A DNA stretch of 62,145 nt, counting the filler, from Choristocarpus tenellus KU-1152 (Eukaryota; Protista; Phaeophyceae): NCBI GenBank assembly GCA_964200185.2. It is 12 parts of 12 records of this genome, joined end to end, with 100 filler letters (N's around TTAATTAATTAA, not from the genome) between each part and the next. Parts side by side here need not be neighbours in the genome. Positions count along the whole stretch, not along the records: positions 51,708 to 55,952 come from CAXNAD020015509.1; positions 56,053 to 59,422 come from CAXNAD020020483.1; positions 59,523 to 62,145 come from CAXNAD020026187.1; 9 more parts are not named here. One strand, 5' to 3'. Below are positions 52,845 through 62,145 of the stretch, one piece after another (the first letter of the stretch is position 1; every line of letters begins with the position of its first letter). The position numbers were made by a program, and so were the translations under genes. The notes beneath the pieces were generated by a model. The model was not told where the DNA came from. It saw nothing but the letters and a program-made list of their open reading frames with translations, and did not search any database.

Positions 52845-55800
52845 TGTGGAATACAGGCTAAGTAGTCTATATGGGTTTTATGTATTTAGTGACCAGTATT
52901 ATACGACAGAAATGTTGACTGAGTAAAGTAAGCGTCAATGGCTTGTTTCCGTGTGCTTAGAGTAAGAGGTCCGAATCTCGGTGGATTGATTTCTTAGTAC
53001 TTAATGTAAGTGTTGACGGAGTATAAATGAAGTCGTGTGACTGACGCAAGCACATTTTTATGTGTCTGCTGACGTGCGCAATAGATAACGAGGAAGAGCA
53101 CCCCCCCACACCTCTTGGGATGTGCTCACACCGCTAATAAATACATCCATACCACATAAAGCAAAATCTCTATTAGAATAGCTCTCTTTTGTATAGATAG
53201 GTTATGAGCCTCATTAGTATGTAAGCGGACCCCCGTATGCTGCCACTATGGAGTGGAGCGCGGGGGCATACAAGGGAGAAGTGGGCAGAATGGCGGATAG
53301 CGCTGGTGAGCTATGTGGGTGGCAAGGGACTGTACAGGATCCTCTAACCAGCATACCGCATTCCTGCACCTCCCACAGCTGATACATTGTTTGGTGAACG
53401 CAACGCGTATGAGGAGTACGCCAAGCATCGCGAGGCCTTGTGGTTCCTGCTGGGCCAGGCCAGGAGGGGAGCTGCAGCGATGGTGGTCAGCACATACAAA
53501 AATAACGGCAGCCCTGACGGGAGGGCAGCCTGGCTCAAGTTGGAGCAGATCTATGGCGGGCGCTTTGCGGTCCAGCGGCCCATGGAGCTCATAGCTCTAG
53601 AGATGAAATTGTGCGACATGTACTGCTCGTCGGTGGAGGACGCTGCCGGCTTCGTTATTCACCTCGATCATGTCTGGACAGAGTATGAGCAGCTGCAGAC
53701 AGCCAAAGAAGATCACGCAAAGAAAGGAACTCTGATCATCGGCATCAGGGACAGCATGCCACAGGTATTTGCACAGCTGTCCACAGCTCCGGAGCTTACT
53801 TATGAACAACTGACAAACGCCATCATCTCATCATCTTCACATATGACCACGGAGGTCACAGGAGAAACCAGTAAGAGCTCAGGGGCTATGGCGCTACACA
53901 CAGGGGCAGAAACGCAGACAGGGAGACAGGGGTCCGGGAGCAGCCTCGGTTCGAATCAATTTGCGTTCTGTTTAGATTTTATTCACAGATGGCGAGAATG
54001 CCGCTCATACTTGGCTGGCAAACCCCCTGCTAAGCGCCCCCAGGGGATGGCGACACCAAAATTTCCGCCACCACCAATCAAGGAACAGAACAGCGGTGGC
54101 AGAGGTGGAGGCAAGGCTGATCGGTAGGGATTATCAAGGGTATTCCTAGCCATGAATATATCTGTGGGGGAGGACGTGTACCAAAGGATGGTCGAGGCAG
54201 CGCTCCTATTCTCAACTCAAGACAAGATCAAGACCATCAGCCTACTATGCGACTCTGGGGCAAACGTGCACCTTACCCCACGACTGCAGGACCTCACTGC
54301 AGCAACAGAGATCACTCGCACCTGCACCTTTGGAAATAAAGGTACATTAAACCCGCGAACAAGTGTTGAGATGGTCCTAGAGGCAACTAACGAGACGGAC
54401 TCACCGACCAAGATCGTACTCCAGGACATGCTTTGGGTACCGGGTCTGCCATGCAGGCTTCTTTCTTAGCACAGGCAGCCTACGGCGCAAGGGAGGTGAA
54501 TTTGTGGACTCAGAGATTAGGAGGAGCTACATCCAGCCCAACAAGGGGGCAGCCAAGATTTATTTAGAGGAGAAGGGAGCCTTCCTGATGCTGAGGGCCC
54601 AGTTTCAGGCGAAAAAGGGAAGAAGGGCCAGGCAATGATAAATGCTAGCTATGCCAATAAGCAACAACGTCTCTCCCTACACGGTTGGCACAACATCATG
54701 GGTCACCTCAACCCATTTGCTATTAAGCATCTCGAGAAACGAGGTCTCCTGGACATCTCAGATACTGCAGTCGCTTCAGAGCTCTACTGCAAGGTATGCA
54801 AGGAGTGCAAGTCCGAGGCACTCAGTTATGCATGTGGTGGCCACAGTCCCAAGACAGTGGGGGAGGTGGTGCACACAGACCTGGAGGGACCCTTCGATCC
54901 GGATGTGACGGGCATGAAATATTTTCGGGTGTTGTGTGGACAAGGCCAGCAGGGAAAAGCGCGTGATAGGTCTGCGTACCAAGGACGCCGCTACAGCGGC
55001 CACTGCTGCCTGCATCGATGAGATGGCTCGAGAAGGGGTGGTGGTGAGGTGCATCAGTGGGGATGGCGCTGGCGAGTTCGGGAGGAGCGTAAGATTCCAG
55101 CTCATGCTGACAGAGCGGGGCGTGAAATGGCGCAAGACACCCCCAGGCACGCCCCAGAGCAACGGGATTGCTGAGCGGGAAATTAAACAGGTCATGCAGG
55201 CGGCACATAACCAGCTAATACATGCAGGACTGGGGGAGGAGTTCTGGTTTTTTGCAGTGGCAGATGCCACATACAAGACCGCAGGAATGCCGCACGAGTA
55301 CCTAGGAGGCGAGACACCATGTGAGCGCCTGACCAACAAACATTTTAACAACAAGAGACTCCGTGTGTTCGGCATGGAGTGTTTTGTGCATCAGACCAAG
55401 CAACAGCGTGGCACAAATACCAAGTTCCATCCATACGCAAAGAGGGGGATCCTTGTAGGGCACGACAGGGCATCACTATGCTGGCACGTATGGATCCCAC
55501 AGGAAGGCAAGCTGGTGACCTCAGCAAAGGTGACTTTCCAGCCTGAAGCCAAACTGCTAGAGCTAGTGGGGGAGCCAGAGCTGGACATACTGAGGGAGTC
55601 TGAGCTCGATGAAGACATGGAAATGGATATGAAAGATGAAGAAGAGGCTTCCACAACAGGGAGCGAGACTGGGAATGCGGGCCAAAATATTGGGCATAGG
55701 GCTCAAGATGCAAAGCGACCCCATCAAAGCCAAGATACTTCTCCCAGGATGGGACAACGACAGCGCATGGATAGGGTAACACGAATGGCGGCCAAGCACT

Positions 55801-55875
55801 TAGTCCCACACTCTGGACGACGGAGATCTGCCAGGTTGGAGCAGCGCCAGCGGGTGGCCTACACATCACAACTAT
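52845..55875 (+). mobile_element. Ty1/copia LTR retrotransposon: 5' LTR, PBS, gag, protease, GAG-pre-integrase, integrase; defective, RT not on this contig
   Basis: LTR about 52845-53199. PBS GGTTATGAGCC 53200-53210. gag 53237-54127 with DGRAAWLKLEQIY and knuckle (F)AFCLDFIHRWREC, premature TAA at 53345. Protease LCDSGANVHL. WHNIMGH..CKVC. Integrase VHTDLEGP, ISGDGAGEF, TPQSNGIAER. SH3-like LRVFGMECFV...KRGILVGH. Frameshifts near 54470 and 54935. Confidence 0.95.
53200..53210 (+). promoter_or_regulatory. Primer-binding site complementary to the anticodon arm of initiator tRNA-Met (half-tRNA priming)
   Basis: GGTTATGAGCC is complementary to GGCUCAUAACC of the tRNA-iMet anticodon arm. It sits right after the LTR in both copies. 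Confidence 0.8.
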
Positions 55876-55952
55876 GAACCAAAGTATCTTAGAGGGTAGA
55901 GCCGCGTCCATTTGGGGGTCAAAATCCAATGTTGCGATTTTGATGAAATTTT
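55876..55952. mobile_element. MITE family A inserted into copia pol, cut by the contig end
   Basis: GAACCAAAGTATCTTAGAGGGTAGAGCCGCGTCC; the integrase ORF stops at the junction. Confidence 0.88.
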
Positions 55953-56124
55953 NNNNNNNNNNNNNNNNNNNNNNNNNNNNNNNNNNNNNNNNNNNNTTAA
56001 TTAATTAANNNNNNNNNNNNNNNNNNNNNNNNNNNNNNNNNNNNNNNNNNNNACCTAAAAATCGCGACATGAAAAAATTGACCCCAAATGGACAGCCGCC
56101 ACCCCCTCCCAGATACTTTGTACT

Positions 56125-57895
56125 TTTGTGACAACTGTTACTTCTTTTGGGATTTTTCAGATATGTGAATAGTTTTCATTAGTTTTTCCTTTGGCACATT
56201 TCCAAAATGTCAGAGGACCTAAAAATAATATAGTCTGATATGCTAAATGTGGTAGAAAAAGTGGTCGAAACAAGGAAACACATACTAGTTAAGAAAAGGT
56301 TTGGACCATAAAGAAAAATAGCAGCGGAAGAAAAAGAAGAAAATTGATTAGAAAATGAGTCATTTTGAATCGTGTGATTCTCTGGTATTGTGATTCTCTG
56401 GTAGTGTGGTTCACTCACGGAAGAGTGGTGGAGAGAGTCACCGGGCAAGACGGACCAGACAAACCAAGACAAACGGTAACAGAGAGGACGAGGTTAAGGT
56501 TGGACAAGTGCAAGACTGCAAGGACTTGCAGGAAATGTTGGAATGATGAGAATCTGACGAGAGGGGGATCATTACAAAGGTCAGGATGTGATAACAAAGA
56601 GAACCTTTGATGTGTGACACCTCTGGTTGAAGAGATTTCCACTGCTTGTAGAATTGATCTCTTGAAAGATTCCACATCTTAATTATTTTTATATTTATTC
56701 TTATTCGTAAGACCACTGGAATCGCGGATTCCTGACACGTTTCGTTGGTTTCCCCCCTGACACATCTGCAAATGTCAGAGGGCATAATAATAATAATAAT
56801 AATCCTGACAACGAAACCTCGATCGGTGTAACGGTATATAAGACATAGGGCAAAACGGTATATGAAGAGAAATATGATTTTTACGCAATGAACGAATGTC
56901 AGGGGCATAATAATAAAAATGTGAAGAATGCCACCTTCAATGACAAGAGAAACATGACCCAAAAAAGCGCAAGGGAAAGGACATTATTACCTATCATAGT
57001 CTCTACTAGTCTCCTTTGGAATTCCATTCAGCCATAAAAACCTCATTTCTATTATTATGCCCTCTGACATTTTGTAGATGTGTGAGGGGAAAAACCAATG
57101 AAAACTACTCACCTGTCAGAAATACCCGTAAAATGTCACAGATGTCGTAAAATGCGAAAGACATCACTAAACTTCATTGTCCCATTACTCCTGCTAGTTT
57201 GACTCTTATACTCCAGCCCTCAACTCCAACCCCAAACTATTGCTAAGGTCTTCTCGCACACATGTCCACTACTTCTTCTCCTGTCCATATCAATACAGTT
57301 TTCCATTCGCAAGTACTGCTACATCAACATCAATATTTTGATAAGCCTCTCATCCGTTATGTGATGAACTCCACTTTACTTCTCACCACAAAAACACTAA
57401 TGAACATGATTTATGGTGGTTTGTGCTTGCAAAAAATAATAGGAACAGAAAATGCGGATAATTTCCGACTTAATTGAAATGGAACAAAACGAGACCTTTG
57501 AAGTATTCTTGTCAATTTCTGCTTTACTAACAAGGGCAAGAACTAGAAATATTGCATATTGTTTCAAGTTGTTTTCGACAGGAGGTACTTTAGAGTGTTC
57601 AGACAGTAGTAGTAAGTTCTGTCTACGTTACGATGATGAACTCCTCAAATAGTGGTAACAATAGCATAGTAGATGTATACATATACAACCCCAAACCTAA
57701 CCCATATATATGTATGAATAGGATGCTTCCCTGGCTCCTCACCCTGGAGTGCAGGACTAAGCTAAAATAGTATATATACTAATGCTTTTCACATTAATGA
57801 CAAATGTTACTTTTTTAGAGATTTTTCTGACATGTGAATAGTTTTCATTGGTTTTTCCCCTGACACATCTACAGAGTGTCAAAGGGCATAAATAG
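56125..57895. repeat. Cluster of family H repeats (about 56125-56230, 56740-56803, 56895-56915, 57050-57170, 57780-57895)
   Basis: Shared CCCTGACACATCTGCAAAATGTCAGAGGGCATAATAA core; 57050 and 57895 face each other as inverted repeats of about 115 bp. Confidence 0.75.
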
Positions 57896-59522
57896 TATAA
57901 TATAGTACTACTGTTGGAGATCTGGTAATTCCAGCAGTCCTCGGCATCACCCAAAGCAAGACTTGTGTGTGTCTTCTGGGCAGAGTACGAAATTAGAATT
58001 CCCTCTTCAACGCCCAACAAAAAACACAACAAAAAACAGCCACCCTACTCGTCCGTCATATATGATCTACTACACTCTTCCATTCGGCACCTGGGTTATT
58101 AACATATCACTTGGATCCTCCTTGACTTTTTTCCTCCTTTACGGTTCAGTTTATGATAAGCTTGAAGAGATCACATTATATGTATCAGATTGTGTCTCAT
58201 TCGACCCAAACCTGTTACATCAAACAGAAATCTAGCTTCGTCTCATAGAGTAGTCCAGACGTTAGCCATTTGAGGTCATCAACAAAGAATATAACTTTCA
58301 GAATATTTTGGAGTGGTTGGTGGTTATGATTAGGGGTGAGGGTTATACCAGTGCGTGAAATGGTGTTTCTCTATTGGAAACTAATGTTTTGGCAGATAAA
58401 AGTACTCTTGCGACGTGGAGGTTGAAGACGACCATATGATCATGTTGAGAATAGAAAAAAGAGAAGTTTATGAAGTGATCCAAGTTTGTGAGGGTTAGAA
58501 TTCGCAGTGGAAGATGCGCAAAAAAAGTGACAGAGTGGAAATATGAAAAGAAGGAGGTCGGGAGGATAGAGGAAAGGGCTACTTCGTGAACGACCTGAAA
58601 GTAGACTGGGTGTCCAAAAAGCCCATAAAAAAATAGAGCGGATTGAGAGGAGGGAGGCTGAGGAGAAGTAGACAGAGTAAGAGGTCAAAATCAAAGGCAG
58701 AGAGATAGAAGGACAAAGGGGGACAGAATCAAGGCAACTTCTGAACGAACTTTCTCAGAGGGTCGAAGGGGAGTGTCAAGCAGCAGAGGGGGGGGAGCAT
58801 ATTAAGCCGGTAAAAACGACATGGGCAAGCACCCTAGGTATTGGGAGGGTATTGATGTGGTCGGGCATAATAGTATTAGTGGAGGGTGGTTAAATCACCG
58901 GTTTACGCTAGGAGCTGGACATGGATGAGGGAAGTGACAAGAGTCGGACATCTTATTGGGTGGTGGTACATAAAGCGATCCAGAATGGAAGTAATAGTTC
59001 AGGACTGAACACTAATAGCTTGTGCAGCTCTGGTAGCAAAGGTTAGTGTTCCAGGACATCCACAAATAGAACTGACAGGTTAATGCACACATTACGGCTG
59101 CAAGGGGTTGGATACCCCACGGAAATTGTTGAATAATCCCTGCGTGAAGACGTTGCGTCTCAAGAGTACGTTTCCTTCTATGATGTATTAGATTGCGAGT
59201 GTGTACACTGGCATCAATGTTTGAGCTCTAAACTAGACTGAACTTCAAGGACAAAGGATGGGACGGTGTCTGACCACTCATTCCATACGTAAGTATTGAT
59301 CCACTTACGCTTGCATATCAACCACTGCAGCGTAGAATAGTATAGTCAATCACTCTATAGACAACAAGCAATTTCGCCGGGTTTATCACCTTTATCCCCT
59401 TTAACGATTTTGGGGATACTTTNNNNNNNNNNNNNNNNNNNNNNNNNNNNNNNNNNNNNNNNNNNNTTAATTAATTAANNNNNNNNNNNNNNNNNNNNNN
59501 NNNNNNNNNNNNNNNNNNNNNN

Positions 59523-60355
59523 CCTGCCCCTGCCCCTGCCCCTGCAACCAGCCTCGTCGCTGCATCAGGGTGACCCATTCCTTCCTTCCCACCCTCTTCT
59601 TCTGGCGAGTGCCAGAGACCTCCAGGATGATTCCACTGTCCCTGACCAGGAGACAGATTCATATTCAACTGTGACCCCGACTGTGAATGAATCCCATGCC
59701 CCAGCCCCTGCCCCTTACCCCTCACAACTGACCCTGCCCCAGCCCCTGAGCTCTTCCCAGACCTCCCTGCAAGCTGCACCGCCATCAGCTGCTCCGCTGT
59801 GAGCTTTACTGATGTGAACGAAGGGCTCTGGGGACGAATATCGCTAACCTTGGAACGAATAACATTACCGGTCCCTGGGTTAGGCATCATTACTCCACCA
59901 GTCCCCCTTCCACTCTCTTCTTGCCATGCTCCTCTAGTATCTACACCCACCCCAACCAATGCTCCTGCCCCCCCGCCTACCCTGGGGCCCGCAGCTAACC
60001 CCATCAACCCACTTGTAGCTCCCACCCCCACCAACACCCTGGTGTCCCCTGTTAATCCAACAGACTCAGTTCCGTTCACGTCCCTCCCCTTGGGCCCTGT
60101 CCCTGATCCTGCCAATTGAGGTAGAGGATCTCCTGCTATAGGACCCGCTTCTGTACCCTTCCCCAGCAAGGGCTGCTGTTGCAGCGAACCCCCCTGATGC
60201 CAGGAATGATGACTAGGGGGTGAGGGCTGAGTGGTACTGCTGGTGGAGGACATACCTACACCTGAACTGTGGCGAAGAAGTCGTGGTACCTCTGGTGACG
60301 ACTTCCTTGCACGGTGACCTCGATACACAGACTGGATGCATAAAAAAAGGGGCAT

Positions 60356-60387
<32 letters not shown>

Positions 60388-60870
60388 GTGTGAGTGTGAG
60401 AAGACACAGTGAGTGTGTATGCACGTGTGGGGTGAACATCAGATGTTGCGATTTTCAAATCACAAGGCGATCGAAAAAACTCAGCCAAAAAAAAAGAAGA
60501 AAAACACCGTAACCGTAACCTTAACCTTAACCCTAACTCCCCAACAAAAAAAGAACCAAGTAAAAAAGAAAACCCATTCACCAAACACAAACAAAAATCA
60601 AAAGCTAAAAACACAAAAAAATCAAACAAAAAACCCCAACAACAAAAACACAGCACGGCTCAAAGCAACACGCCTGCCAACACGATGCCAACCACAGTAC
60701 AGTACCTGAAGCTGGGTCGCAGCGTCGTCTCGAATGATTTGCTTCCAGCTCTTATATTGTGCATACGTGGACACCAGAGGGGTTCGCTCACGTCCTCGGG
60801 GAGTGCGTCCATACTCCTGCTGGAAGGCACCCTCGTAGTGGTTGATCTGTGACCTAAGAGCTCGGCATGC
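59523..60870 (-). CDS. FAM13-like helical repeat plus IQ motif protein with a Gly/Ser-rich region, partial
   Basis: Exon 60706-60870 reads ACRALRSQINHYEGAFQQEYGRTPRGRERTPLVSTYAQYKSWKQIIRDDAATQLQ (FAM13 C-terminal-type L..FE..F...GR.P...R.P...Y..YK). It splices in phase 0 to exon 59523-60331 (SVYRGHRARK...), completing an IQ motif LQSVYRGHRAR. Confidence 0.7.
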
Positions 60871-61244
60871 CTAAGTTGGGGGAGACAAATAGTGAAAATA
60901 TTCGAGGATGGGGTGTGGGGGGAGAGGAGCAGGAAAAAAGAGTCAGGAACTGCTTGCCCTTTCTGCAGCAGCATGAAGTTTGATCATGTTTGGACAGCCG
61001 ACTGTACCCACAACCCACAATCAATGCTCCGCAGTCCACCACCTGCCCATGGGTTTCCAGAAATATTCGAAGGCCGAACTAGCAAGCATAGGAGGGCACT
61101 GCCCTTGGCATGCCCTATGTCAGCCCAATGTCAGCCCGGCAGACAGGTATATACCCAGCGGGGCAAACGCCCTGCGTCTTCCATGTCGGGTAGTGCGTAT
61201 TGAACGTAAACCCTCACCCTAACGTAACTAGTCAAACCAACGAA

Positions 61245-61500
61245 AAGGGTAGAGCTGCGTCCATTTGGGGGCCAAAATCCAATGTTGCGATTTTGATGTA
61301 AATTTGACTATCTTGTTTGTTAGGAAGTGTGTCCATATCCTTGTTCTGAACACACACCTTTTCATAACATACACATTTTACCTACTAAGAAACAATTTCG
61401 GAGTAGGAAAATTTCATTAAAAAAAAAAAAACGTGGGAAGCCAGCCAAGACCCGCACGGACAAGTAGGGCAAATTTTGGACCCTAAGATACTTTCAACAC
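61245..61500. mobile_element. MITE family A, diverged, left end eroded
   Basis: AGGGTAGAGCTGCGTCCATTTGGGGGCC...CCCTAAGATACTTTC. Confidence 0.82.
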
Positions 61501-62145
61501 TATCGAAAGAGTAGAAACACGGCAATGAGGTCACAAAATGTAGCAAGGGTTTTGCAATGACCTGTTAATGTAGACACAATACGTAGTAGATCTGTCTGAT
61601 CCCATCTCCTGACATGTACTAAACACGCCAATCCGATGGAACGCAAACCCCAATATGAAAAAATATAGCAGCATACACATAATGATATAACCAATAGAGC
61701 CGGTGGAGAAGCATGACCAACAGCGATTTAAACTAGTGGCCGTGTCCATATTGAGTATACATACCATCTGCGGTATCTGTGTATTGGGGGTATACTCTAT
61801 ATCGTCATGCCGACCTGCTGATCCCCCAGTATCATTGTTGAACGGGATCTCAGATTCAGCCTCGAAATTATTACACCCTTAAATTGCACCTATACTTCCC
61901 TGTATCCCAGAACACACATACATGGTAAACACTACAATGCCCTTCAAGAATACACCTGCGCAATATCTGGGATGCTCTTAGACTAGCAAAGGCACCCCCT
62001 CTCTCTTCTCACGACAAACACAACCAATCCCCATTTCACCTCATAGGTAGCAAATAGCAAAGGAGGCAGGCTACACTACCCCCCCCCCCCTTAAACCGCC
62101 TTAACTCTCTCTCTCACTTGGATCATGCGCTTGCGCTCTGAAGCC

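Noticed and set aside
54776-55929. Long minus-strand ORFs (199 and 194 aa)
   Set aside because: They are antisense shadows of the copia integrase.

Overview
Eukaryotic, intron-rich, TE-rich DNA. The gene style, short (CCCTAA)n tracts and TE families suggest an ochrophyte stramenopile, possibly a brown alga or close relative; this is inference only. The window is not contiguous: about 12 contigs are joined by artificial 100-nt spacers (N44-TTAATTAATTAA-N44), so adjacency across spacers means nothing. Splicing by hand recovered a complete 14-exon 7TM-RGS gene (about 466 aa; only one exon appears in the ORF track). It also recovered partial genes for KATNIP/KIAA0556, GPN3, VPS15/PIK3R4, a FAM13-like/IQ protein and a kelch-like protein. 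Mobile DNA includes three related MITE families with 4-bp TSDs (Sola2-like), two head-to-head Ty1/copia elements with a half-tRNA-iMet primer site inside a mariner remnant, another decayed copia, an RTE-type LINE, a second mariner remnant, a probable MULE/SWIM remnant and an unclassified hairpin-tipped repeat. There is no CRISPR array, rRNA or convincing tRNA. I found no clearly new multi-gene system. The best leads are the 7TM-RGS gene with its apparent 29-nt intron, the Sola-like MITE complex with a CpG-decay signature, and the unclassified hairpin repeat.
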